In this document: piece after piece, positions 27,424 to 36,942 of the stretch | Numbering within the stretch: the first letter of the stretch is position 1 | How the letters are laid out: every line of letters starts with the position of its first letter | Origin: a virus | Taxonomy: Duplodnaviria > Heunggongvirae > Uroviricota > Caudoviricetes | Direction: 5' to 3' (one strand) | IMG/VR virus record: IMGVR_UViG_3300028888_000044 | Span: 64,001 to 128,000 of that record | DNA length: 64,000 bases | Program-made: the position numbers and the translations under genes | The notes under the pieces: model-generated | Databases searched by the model: none | What the model saw: the letters and a program-made list of their open reading frames with translations, nothing else | What the model was told of the DNA's origin: nothing

Positions 27424-29499
27424 ATGCGTGGGTTGTTTTTTTATAAATTAGTAAGCCCTTATCGAGAGGACATAACAAAGGATTGTAAATTGACAATAAA
27501 TGAGATAGACAGCAACTTTATCACATTGAAGGATGCTGACATCAAGTCATTTACATTTGACGAGAATACGAACAAGCTCATACTTACAAGGAACAGTAAG
27601 GATGAGCAACCCCTTGTTGCCGATTTATCTCCTTTGGCCGAAGGTGTCGTGCACAATCTATATGTTGCATATGATAAGGAAAAGGGTGAGATAAAGATAA
27701 CTTGGGATGACAATGTGGCTATCATTGACGGTCTTATCACAAAGAAGAACGTTGGTACATATATGCTCACTCACGTCAATTCAGATTCTACGCTTGTTGG
27801 TTTGGGAACGGAGCATTGTCCACTTGGAATCAACGTTGTTGATAGAACTGGAGTTTATAGACCTTGCATCAAGTATTTGAACATTGCTGGTGGAGAATTT
27901 CTTCCAAAGCCTTGTGATGTTGAGAAGGGTGACAGATATGTCACTAGGGAATGTGTTAGCGAATATGGCTATCTTTATGACTACAAGGCAGTACAAGCAA
28001 TCAATGAGGACTTGAAGTTCGGTTGGAGGGTTCCAACAAAGGAGGATTGGGACGGTATGTTGAATGCTGTTGAACCTTGTGAATGTGATAGAAACCATGC
28101 TAGCACTGTATGCAACAAGGAATTTGGTAGATGTGCTGGTAAGGTTCTTAAGTCAATGTCCGATTGGGATGAATGCGAAAGTGGTGACTGCGGATGTATA
28201 TCATCTGAAGACCGTTGCAGATGCAAGAAGGAGGATTTATTTGAACCAGTTGATGATAATTGCTACCACTACAACAAGAGGGATGGCAACTGCTTCGAAT
28301 TCCATCCAAAGAGGAAGCCATGTGACTCAAAGGGACTTGACAAATTCGGTTTGAAATTACTTCCAGCAGGTTATGGTGATGGTTGTGAATTGAAGAATTA
28401 TTTGGGCAAGAGAGGTTCTTTTTGGACAAGTACGGCAATCAATAACACTGATGTGTACGCAAAGAGATTCGACTATGACAAGAGCGGAGTTGTTCAAGTT
28501 GCAGCAGCACCACATGCCATTATGAGCATAAGGCTCGTAAAGGATTATGACGGTTCAAACTTCCACGAGGTTGAATATATCAACGGTAGTGTTTTCCGTT
28601 GCATATTGATGCCATCTCTTACAGCAAAGAGCGGTTACTTGATTTGGACAATAAATAACGTTGCATTCGATGACCCAAGATATTGCCCACAAGAGATTGA
28701 TATTGTTGATTATGCATTCAATATCCAATTGTTTACAACAGAATGGAACGGTTTCTTCTGGGTTAAGAAACGTCTTGAAGAGGGTGAATGTGTTGTATTG
28801 TTTGACGGTTTGGAAGATGATGAATATTCTTTATATATGGTAAAGAATGGTGAGCTTGTATCAGTAGCTAGTCAAATTTACGAAGATATATATGAGAAGT
28901 TTGAGCAATTCATACAAGAAATCAACGGCAGACTTGATGAAGAGATTGAGACAAGACAAGCATCTGATGAAGTGTTCAGTGGGGCAATAGAAGACCTTAG
29001 AAGCATTATCGAAAGCGGTACAAGCGAGATAACTTCGGCAATTACAGAGTTGAGCGGTACTGTTGATGAAATTATTGACCAAATATCTGGTATTACAGAT
29101 GAAATTGACACATTGAGCGGAGATGTCGCAACTTTGCAAGAAGAGCTTTCTGGTGAAACAGAAGCGCGTCAAGCAGCAGATGAGGCATTGAGCGGCGCAA
29201 TTGAAGACCTTTCGAGCGATGTTCAAGAAATAGCTTCTGAAGTAGAAGCACTTGGTGGTGCGCTTGAAACTGAAATAAGCGACCGTCAAGCAGCAGATGA
29301 GGCATTGAGCGGAGCTATTGAGGACGTATCAAGCGAATTGGCAGAAGAGATTGAACGTGCAAAGGAGAGGGAAGATGATATTGAAAGTAGACTTATTAGT
29401 CGCGGAGAATATAATTCTGAAAGTGGAGTTCTTACTTTATTTAAGGAATCAGAAGAAACCATTGAGGTTCAATTCAATGGAAATTATGGAACTTTTTAA
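27424..29499 (+). CDS. FISUMP (Fib_succ_major) domain virion protein with C-terminal coiled-coil repeats
   Basis: YGYLYD..GWRVPTKEDW..GKVLKS..W..FGLKLLPAGYG..FWTS..SIRLVKD; RQAADEALSGAIED repeats. Confidence 0.75.
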   Translation: MRGLFFYKLVSPYREDITKDCKLTINEIDSNFITLKDADIKSFTFDENTNKLILTRNSKDEQPLVADLSPLAEGVVHNLYVAYDKEKGEIKITWDDNVAIIDGLITKKNVGTYMLTHVNSDSTLVGLGTEHCPLGINVVDRTGVYRPCIKYLNIAGGEFLPKPCDVEKGDRYVTRECVSEYGYLYDYKAVQAINEDLKFGWRVPTKEDWDGMLNAVEPCECDRNHASTVCNKEFGRCAGKVLKSMSDWDECESGDCGCISSEDRCRCKKEDLFEPVDDNCYHYNKRDGNCFEFHPKRKPCDSKGLDKFGLKLLPAGYGDGCELKNYLGKRGSFWTSTAINNTDVYAKRFDYDKSGVVQVAAAPHAIMSIRLVKDYDGSNFHEVEYINGSVFRCILMPSLTAKSGYLIWTINNVAFDDPRYCPQEIDIVDYAFNIQLFTTEWNGFFWVKKRLEEGECVVLFDGLEDDEYSLYMVKNGELVSVASQIYEDIYEKFEQFIQEINGRLDEEIETRQASDEVFSGAIEDLRSIIESGTSEITSAITELSGTVDEIIDQISGITDEIDTLSGDVATLQEELSGETEARQAADEALSGAIEDLSSDVQEIASEVEALGGALETEISDRQAADEALSGAIEDVSSELAEEIERAKEREDDIESRLISRGEYNSESGVLTLFKESEETIEVQFNGNYGTF

Positions 29500-29532
29500 A
29501 TTAATTTGATAAAATAAAAAAATAGTAATATA

Positions 29533-32500
29533 ATGGAACAAGCAAGTAAGAATAGGTTACAATTTGTACACCATGACGAATGTTTCCAAACAAGGGAAGA
29601 GGCAATAGCATATATCGAGAACGGTCAGACACTTGACCGTCCAACACTTTATGCAGAGCCAATGGTGCTCAAATACGGTGATTCAGCTAATCCAAACATC
29701 ATATTGGCAATCGGTTCAGTAGGAAACGGTGTGGCAAGTACTGCAAACAGGACTTTCTATATCGATTCGGCAGACATCGAAGGCTCAATACAAGAACTTG
29801 CTGAAAGGGTAGATGCTGACGAGCAAGCAATCGATGCTATAAGCGGTATGGTGTCCAACGTAATGGCAAGTTGCGGTTTGAAGGAAGATGGTACACTTTC
29901 ACCATTCGAAAATGTAATCATTGACGATAGCGGCTCATTGGCAGAAGCTGTAGAGACATTGGCAGATTATGTCAAGGGAATGGAAGAAAGACTGACCATC
30001 ACAGTAGAAGATACAAATACGGTTGACTTGGCACTTGAAAACGGCAAACTCACAGCCGATTCGGTGTTTCCAACCAAGTTCTCTTTCGATGGTAGGGTTT
30101 TCCTTACAAATCAGCTAAACAAGGAGGATGTCGAGGGTAACAAGAGCGGACATTTCATCAATGTTGACCTTGCATATGAAGGAAACGGAGAGCCATTGCA
30201 GCTTGTAGTCAATGGTGATATTGTAAAGGAAATACCAATACCAGAGGAAATACACGTTATATCTGGTACTTATGACCAATTCAAGGAGGCTCTTGTGATT
30301 TCATTGTCTGATAACAGTAAGATTGAAATCAGCCTTGAGAGATTGGCAGCAGAATTGAGGGTTATCACACCAAGAACATCACCAGTTGAACTTAAGATTG
30401 AAAGGGTCGGTCCAACAACAGTGGATGGACAAGACGAGTACAAGAGCATCTTGTCAACCAAGGTGTATGTATCAAGTGATGCAGACAACATCATTGAAAT
30501 ACAAGACGATGGTGAATCAGATGCAAGATTGTACGTTAAGGGTACAGCAGACAATATAAAGTACAAGAACGGTACTGTGGATGATGCGTTGAATTCGCTT
30601 GAATCAGCAGTAAGCAACGAGACAGACCGTGCGATTGAAGCAGAAGAAGCACTTGAAGCAAAGATTGCAAGCTTGAGTGGTTCAACAGAAGGTTTGCAAG
30701 AACAGCTTGACAATGAATCTGTTGAAAGACAAGAGTCTGATTCTGAATTGAACCAGAAGATTGATGCTGTGAGCGGATATGCAAATGCAATAAGCGGACA
30801 AGTTCATTCAAAGGAATATGAAATCAAGGAGTTGATTAGAGAGACAAGCGGTGATTTGCAGTCTAATATAGACGCAGTAGACAAGCATCGTACATTGAAG
30901 ATTGAACAGATTGGCTCTGAAAACCTCAAGCTTTTGGTCGATGATTCAACTCCAAATGCGACATATCTAAACGGTTATGTTAAGGTTCTTGATTCGAACG
31001 ACAACATCATCGAGGGTGGCAATAGCATTGTCGGTGGAGCATTGTACGCAACAGCAAAGATGAGCTATTCACCAAAGCTAAATGCAATCACTTTTGAGAC
31101 AAGCGGACCAAGACAAGGCAACATCTCTACATTCTACCTTAACAATGCCGACCTTAGCTATGATACAGCAACAAATGAATTGACATATACATATACTATT
31201 GCTGGTTCATTAAGCGGTTCCACAATGGCATCAAAGACTTGGAAACTTAATTCGTTCGGTGTTGTTGACCATATCGACTACAACCAAGAATTGGAGCAGC
31301 TTGAGATTTACTACAAGGATGCTGGTGGTGATATGCAGAAGATTGAAGTACCAGTTGGAGACTTGTTCAACGAGCTTACAGTTGAAGATACCAATACAGT
31401 CAACTTGACCAAAGAGAGAAGGGTTGATGGTAGTGATTTATTGTCAGCAGATGTAAACATAAGTCATAATGAAGGTAATATGCTTTCTGCAAGAAATGAC
31501 GGTTTGTACGTACCATCAAGTGGTATCACTGCAAATGCAGCAGCAATTGCTGAATTGAGCGGTAAGACCACTGAAAACACAAGCAACATTTCTGAACTTT
31601 CTGCGACAGTTGCTACACACGAAAGCAGAATAGAGACTCTTGAAGCCAATTCTTCAGCAGCCGAAAGCGAAATAGAGGATTTGTCAGAAAGAGTTGCTTC
31701 GGCAGAATCAAGGCTTGACACATTGCAAGGCAATGCAATGGTCGAAGGCTCTGTTGCAAAGTCTGTAGCAGATGCCTTGGCAGAAGCAAAGGGCTATACT
31801 GACGAGAAGGTTGATGCAGTGACACTCGAAGGTTCAAGTGCAATCACAGTTGATTATTCAACCAAGACAGTAAGCCTTAAAATCAATGCCGACTTGAACA
31901 GCGAAGGCTATTTGAAGTCAAGTGATAATGGTATATATGTTAGCGGTATCAATGATGCAGTTTCGGCTGCAATAAGCGGCAAGGCTGATGTTGACAGCGT
32001 ATATACAAAGGCTGAAAGCGATGCCAAGTTTACAACCAAGGAGGAAACAAGCGCAATTGATGAACGTTTGGCAAATGCTGAATCAAGCATTTCTACGTTG
32101 AACAGCAATGAACTTGTTGAAGGTTCTGTGGCTTACACAGCAAAGCAGTACGCTGATGATGTAAGACATTATGCTGAAACACTTGGCGATAGGATTGATG
32201 CAAATGATGGAGCCATTTCCACATTGAACGGAAACGAGTTGCAAGAGGGTTCTGTAGCTTATACAGCAAAGCAGTATGCTGATGCAGTGAAGGATTACAC
32301 CGACACAGTGAAGGGCGAGTTGAATGACAAGATTGATGATGCTCAAACAGAAATTGACGAGAGTGTCAAGAATGTTGCCTTGAACAAGCACGATGACAAC
32401 GAGCGTACATATGACTTGGTATATACATTGAATAACGGTATTGCAATAACAGGTGGTACTTTGAACATTCCAGAAGACAAGTTCTTGAAGAGTGTTTCTT

Positions 32501-34809
32501 ATGACCCAATCACAAAGAACCTCACCTTTGTATTCAATGTCGAAAGCGGTACTACTACAGAGGTGATTAACGTTGGAGACTTGGTTGACACATATTATGG
32601 CGGTGAAACAACAACCATAAGTGAAAATCATATCATTGAGGTTAAGGTGTGTGACCACGAGCACAACGAATACTTGAAGGTTTGCCAAGATGGTTTGTTT
32701 GTAGGTGGTGTGGATGAAGCTATTAGCGCAGCAACAAGCGGCAAGGCTGATGCAGACAGCGTATATACAAAGGCTGAAAGCGATGCCAAGTACGCAACCA
32801 AGGAGGAAACAAGCGCAATTGAGGGAAGATTGTCAGATGCAGAAACAAATATTGCAGCGCTTGAAAACAGTGTTGCAACCATCGGAAGCAGTTTGTCTGC
32901 ACTTGGAGATAGGGTTTCAGCAAATGAGCAAGCCATTACCACATTGAACGGAAACGAGTTGCAAGAGGGTTCTGTAGCTTACACTGCAAAGCAGTATGCC
33001 GATGCTGTAAGGAATGGTCTTACTCCAAGAGTAGATGCACTTGAGTCAAATGTTAATAGAATAAGCGGTGATGTTGCAACAAATACAAGCCATATTGCCG
33101 AATTGAGCTCATATACATATAGCATACTTGACAGTGCAAATGCATATACTAATGAGAAGGTTGAAGAATTGAACCAAGACATAGCTGAATGCAACGAAAG
33201 TATTGGCAACCTTATAAGTGATTTGGTTTCAACAAGTGGCGCTTTGCAGACAGCAATTGACCAGAAGGCAAATGCTAGTGACGTATACACCAAGAGTGAA
33301 GTATATAACAAGGAAGAGATTGACTCTATGATTGGTGGTATACCTTCATATAGTGGAGATATTACCGAATTGAGCGGACAAGTTCAAACTGTAAGCGGAC
33401 AAGTACAGACAATCAGTGGACAAGTTGAAACAACTAACAGCAAGATTGATACTGTAAGTGGTCAAGTTGGTACATTAAGCGGTCAAGTACAGACAATCAG
33501 TGGTCAAGTTGGAACAGTAAGTGGACAAGTTGAAACCACTAATGGAAAGATTGATACATTGAGCGGTCAAGTTATAACATTGAGCGGACAAGTACAGACA
33601 ATCAGTGGACAAGTTGAAACAGTAAGCGGTACTGCAAACAATGCCCTTGATTTAGCAAATGAAATCAAGTTGAAGTACAATTGGATTGTTGCAGATTCTC
33701 CAACAGTTGATTTGACAAAGAGTGACAGCACAAACAGTGGTTCTACGTTGACAGCAGATGTCAAGATTTCAACAGCAAGAAACAATGCTCTTAAGGCAGA
33801 CACAAGCGGCTTGTATGTCGGTTTGTCCAATTTGACATACAGTACAGCTGGTAATGAACTTACATTTACAAACTCAAATGGAGAAAGCACAATCTTGAGG
33901 TTGAATTCAGTTGATGTTGTAAAGAGCATCTATTATGATGGTGCATCAAATGAACTTGTATTCGTATACACAGCAGAAGGTGTTGAGAAGACCACAAGAA
34001 TTGATGCTACTGCATTCTTCAAGGGCATCTTTGGTACTTATGACGGAAACGTTAAGGTAGAAACCTATTTGGCTCCATCTGGTAGCAGTCAGAATGTTGC
34101 AACAGCAATTACTGCAAATCTTGATGTCAATAGAATCATTAGCACTGGTGATTCATTCACAAAGTATGTTCAAGTTGAGTTCAGAAAGAGTGCTGACAAC
34201 ACCATTTTGGGTTATGTCGGTATTTCAACACTTGACAGTAATGTATTGACAAAGGACAGTGACAATGAGTTGTATGTTCCAAAGGAGGCAACCAACTATA
34301 CTTGCATATATAGTGGCGAGACCGCAACTGTTCAAGAGGCAATTTCCGACTTGGAGAGGTTGGTAAACAGCAACAGCGATAACATATATAAGGTTGTTGG
34401 CGTTACAAGTGCCGATACCGAACTTACAGAATATATGTCTGGAAGCAGTTACTTGGAGGAAGCAGAAACTGTTGTTGAAGCATTGCTTACACTTGACGGT
34501 AAGATGGCAGAGGCAGCTGGTGAAATTGAAGAATTGCACGAGGCTGATGCATTGCTTGCACAAGAGATTATGGACTTGCAGAACAAGACCGCAATTGAGG
34601 GAATTGACACCAATTCTGCTGACATTACAGTGGTGACTACAAGTGCAAGGACTGACCAACCAACCACAATCCAAGTTGATGTCAAGTTGTCCGAACAGAA
34701 CATTACCGATGAAAGTGAAAGCCAAAGAGGTGAGAATATACTTCAAATCCTTAATGACGGTTTGTATTTTGGAGGTATTATCGACTGTGGTTCATATGAC
34801 GATGATTAA
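29533..34809 (+). CDS. Long fibre-like virion protein (1758 aa)
   Basis: Coiled coils, repeated DTNTVDL/SADVKIS..N.L...DGLYV modules, EGSVAYTAKQYAD repeats, SGQV heptads; ends IDCGSYDDD. Confidence 0.75.
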   Translation: MEQASKNRLQFVHHDECFQTREEAIAYIENGQTLDRPTLYAEPMVLKYGDSANPNIILAIGSVGNGVASTANRTFYIDSADIEGSIQELAERVDADEQAIDAISGMVSNVMASCGLKEDGTLSPFENVIIDDSGSLAEAVETLADYVKGMEERLTITVEDTNTVDLALENGKLTADSVFPTKFSFDGRVFLTNQLNKEDVEGNKSGHFINVDLAYEGNGEPLQLVVNGDIVKEIPIPEEIHVISGTYDQFKEALVISLSDNSKIEISLERLAAELRVITPRTSPVELKIERVGPTTVDGQDEYKSILSTKVYVSSDADNIIEIQDDGESDARLYVKGTADNIKYKNGTVDDALNSLESAVSNETDRAIEAEEALEAKIASLSGSTEGLQEQLDNESVERQESDSELNQKIDAVSGYANAISGQVHSKEYEIKELIRETSGDLQSNIDAVDKHRTLKIEQIGSENLKLLVDDSTPNATYLNGYVKVLDSNDNIIEGGNSIVGGALYATAKMSYSPKLNAITFETSGPRQGNISTFYLNNADLSYDTATNELTYTYTIAGSLSGSTMASKTWKLNSFGVVDHIDYNQELEQLEIYYKDAGGDMQKIEVPVGDLFNELTVEDTNTVNLTKERRVDGSDLLSADVNISHNEGNMLSARNDGLYVPSSGITANAAAIAELSGKTTENTSNISELSATVATHESRIETLEANSSAAESEIEDLSERVASAESRLDTLQGNAMVEGSVAKSVADALAEAKGYTDEKVDAVTLEGSSAITVDYSTKTVSLKINADLNSEGYLKSSDNGIYVSGINDAVSAAISGKADVDSVYTKAESDAKFTTKEETSAIDERLANAESSISTLNSNELVEGSVAYTAKQYADDVRHYAETLGDRIDANDGAISTLNGNELQEGSVAYTAKQYADAVKDYTDTVKGELNDKIDDAQTEIDESVKNVALNKHDDNERTYDLVYTLNNGIAITGGTLNIPEDKFLKSVSYDPITKNLTFVFNVESGTTTEVINVGDLVDTYYGGETTTISENHIIEVKVCDHEHNEYLKVCQDGLFVGGVDEAISAATSGKADADSVYTKAESDAKYATKEETSAIEGRLSDAETNIAALENSVATIGSSLSALGDRVSANEQAITTLNGNELQEGSVAYTAKQYADAVRNGLTPRVDALESNVNRISGDVATNTSHIAELSSYTYSILDSANAYTNEKVEELNQDIAECNESIGNLISDLVSTSGALQTAIDQKANASDVYTKSEVYNKEEIDSMIGGIPSYSGDITELSGQVQTVSGQVQTISGQVETTNSKIDTVSGQVGTLSGQVQTISGQVGTVSGQVETTNGKIDTLSGQVITLSGQVQTISGQVETVSGTANNALDLANEIKLKYNWIVADSPTVDLTKSDSTNSGSTLTADVKISTARNNALKADTSGLYVGLSNLTYSTAGNELTFTNSNGESTILRLNSVDVVKSIYYDGASNELVFVYTAEGVEKTTRIDATAFFKGIFGTYDGNVKVETYLAPSGSSQNVATAITANLDVNRIISTGDSFTKYVQVEFRKSADNTILGYVGISTLDSNVLTKDSDNELYVPKEATNYTCIYSGETATVQEAISDLERLVNSNSDNIYKVVGVTSADTELTEYMSGSSYLEEAETVVEALLTLDGKMAEAAGEIEELHEADALLAQEIMDLQNKTAIEGIDTNSADITVVTTSARTDQPTTIQVDVKLSEQNITDESESQRGENILQILNDGLYFGGIIDCGSYDDD
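31975..33005 (+). repeat. Intragenic DNA duplications in the fibre gene
   Basis: 31975-32060 ~ 32737-32822 and 32221-32285 ~ 32941-33005 are near-identical at DNA level. Confidence 0.85.
33370..33630 (+). repeat. Degenerate 21-bp tandem repeat encoding SGQV(Q/E/G)T(V/I/L) heptads
   Basis: AGCGGACAAGTACAGACAATC-like units repeated ~12 times. Confidence 0.9.
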
Positions 34810-34814
34810 TGATA

Positions 34815-34863
34815 AAAAAATGTTGGATACAGATGTTTGTACGCTGTATTCAACATTTTTTTT
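34815..34863. terminator. Intrinsic terminator
   Basis: AAAATGTTGGATACAG..CTGTATTCAACATTTT. Confidence 0.75.
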
Positions 34864-34963
34864 AAAAATATAAAAAAAATAGTGGATGTTTTGATTAATA
34901 TTCCATATTTATATGTAAGTGAATAAAAAAAAATAATAACTAAAAAATAAAAACATTTAAAAA

Positions 34964-36448
34964 ATGGCACTTAGACATTTACAACTTTTAAGAAACAAGC
35001 CTATTGCTCAAAAAGGTAGAGAAGCAGCAAAGAATGCGGCAAAAACAGCAGCAGAAGATTTGAAGGATGGCGAACTTATTGTTGCAAGATATTTGATTGA
35101 TACTGGTGGTACACCTTCAGAGACAAATACCGCAATTGCTTTAGGTTTTAGAGTAGATGATGGTACAAATGCAGCTCATACTGTATTCTATGACCAAAGA
35201 GAATTAGAAGAAAAGATTAGTGGCTTAACTGGCAGCACTGAAGCTTTGGAAAAGGCTGTTGGTGTTAACCATAATGAGTCATCTATTACTAGTCACGTAA
35301 GTAGTACAAATTATATTAGTGGTGCGACTAGTGTTGTTAGTGGTTTGACAGCTCTTGATACTCAATTGAAGGCTACTGATGATATTGCTAAAGAAGTTAG
35401 AGCAGCAGTTGGTAGTTCAGCTAATACATTGACAGCAAATGGAAGCTATGTACAACCAAATCAAACTGTTAAGGAAGCAGTCCAAGCATTAGATACTCAA
35501 TTGAAGCAAGCTACTGATTCAACAGTTAAAGCTCACACTTTACTTGGCACTACATCTGGAGATACAGAATTTAGTGCAAATGGTACTTATGTAAATGGAA
35601 AGACAACTGTTAAAGCTGCGGTAGAAGCTTTGGATAGTGCAATCGTTAACAATGACGCAGCAGATGCTAATTTGAGAGCTGTTGTTGGTGTTGGTTCTGG
35701 AGCAACAACATTGACTATACCTGAACCAAATTATGTTGGTACATCACCTCAAGTAAGTGGGGCAATCAAGACCTTGGATACTGTTGAGAAGAATACAAGA
35801 GATGCTATTGGATTAGATGGTAGTGGTAACACAATCTCGTTGGATGGTACAAACTATATGTCTACTGCAACAACAGTGAAGAGCGGTTTGACAGCTCTTG
35901 ATTCAAACTTGGCAGCATTGAGTGGCGCAGTTACAACTAATAAGATTAATCCTACAGACACAATTGCAGTTACAACAGCAGATACTGGAACTACACTTGA
36001 TGTAAAGATAAGCACATCTGCAACAGAGCCATCAACATCTGGTAGTGAAGTTGATATGCACAAGAATATCATTTCTGCAACAACAGATGGTTTGTATGCT
36101 TTTGCTGATTTGCACTATACAGCTTCAACAAATACTTTGGAATTTGTTAACACTTACGGCAAAAAGTCTGTTCAATTGACTGGTTTGAAGGCTATTAAGG
36201 ATGTTGGATACAACTTATCTGCTGAAACCATTGAAATCGTATTTGAAACAACTAGCGGTGACAGTAAGGTTGACATTCCAATGGCTGGTCTTATCAATGA
36301 ATTTGAATTTATTGGTTCTAGTGAGAGTGGTGCAACACAAGCAAGCGCATCTCAACACAATGTTTCATTGGTTGAAGTAAGAGATACTGGAGCTGGTACA
36401 TCAAAGATTTATGGTGAAGTTAGTATCTTTGACTGTGGTACATACTAA
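34964..36448 (+). CDS. Fibre-like virion protein (494 aa)
   Basis: Repeats NY...T.V..A...LD..L; N-term LQLLRN, C-term FDCGTY; TATTTATA at 34906. Confidence 0.7.
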   Translation: MALRHLQLLRNKPIAQKGREAAKNAAKTAAEDLKDGELIVARYLIDTGGTPSETNTAIALGFRVDDGTNAAHTVFYDQRELEEKISGLTGSTEALEKAVGVNHNESSITSHVSSTNYISGATSVVSGLTALDTQLKATDDIAKEVRAAVGSSANTLTANGSYVQPNQTVKEAVQALDTQLKQATDSTVKAHTLLGTTSGDTEFSANGTYVNGKTTVKAAVEALDSAIVNNDAADANLRAVVGVGSGATTLTIPEPNYVGTSPQVSGAIKTLDTVEKNTRDAIGLDGSGNTISLDGTNYMSTATTVKSGLTALDSNLAALSGAVTTNKINPTDTIAVTTADTGTTLDVKISTSATEPSTSGSEVDMHKNIISATTDGLYAFADLHYTASTNTLEFVNTYGKKSVQLTGLKAIKDVGYNLSAETIEIVFETTSGDSKVDIPMAGLINEFEFIGSSESGATQASASQHNVSLVEVRDTGAGTSKIYGEVSIFDCGTY

Positions 36449-36465
36449 TTGTTTGATATTTAATA

Positions 36466-36503
36466 AAAAAATAGATGGCAAATTAATGTCATCTATTTTT
36501 TTT
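36466..36503. terminator. Bidirectional intrinsic terminator
   Basis: AAAATAGATGGCA..TGTCATCTATTTT. Confidence 0.75.
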
Positions 36504-36939
36504 ATAGTACCACATATTCTTTTTTTGCAAAGTCCTCACCAATGAAATAGTTGTATTTTTTAGCCCAATTCTCCAATTTTAGTTTATAATCTTTTGATTC
36601 ATCTAGCAGTGGGTATATTCCTTTCAGAACAGATTGGCTATATGGTTTTGCATTTAGCAGTCTGAAGAAATCATCTCTGTTAAGTTTCAAAGTTCTTTTT
36701 TCTGTATCTGAAGAGTCTGTTGTTTCTTGCAGACTATGCGTACCATTTTCGTTTTGCACAAGTTCCAATGTAAGGCTTTTTGGCTGATGCTCTTCAGTAT
36801 TATCTTCTTGTTTTATAGTTTCACTGAAAATAATTTCGATGGAATTTTCCTTTTCATTGAAAGATATAGATATTTGATTTCCATTGAAATTTATTGTATG
36901 CTCGTGAAGTTGTTTTAGTTCGTCTATCCCTATTTTCAT
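36502..36939 (-). CDS. Hypothetical protein
   Basis: 145-aa ORF ending the minus-strand operon. Confidence 0.65.
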   Translation of the reverse strand: MKIGIDELKQLHEHTINFNGNQISISFNEKENSIEIIFSETIKQEDNTEEHQPKSLTLELVQNENGTHSLQETTDSSDTEKRTLKLNRDDFFRLLNAKPYSQSVLKGIYPLLDESKDYKLKLENWAKKYNYFIGEDFAKKEYVVL

Positions 36940-36942
36940 ATA

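Noticed and set aside
27424-33005. Diversity-generating retroelement (FISUMP domains can be DGR targets; near-identical repeats are nearby)
   Set aside because: No reverse transcriptase in the window; the repeats are in-frame intragenic duplications and their mismatches are not adenine-specific.
33370-33630. CRISPR-like repeat array
   Set aside because: Contiguous, degenerate 21-bp coding repeats without unique spacers.
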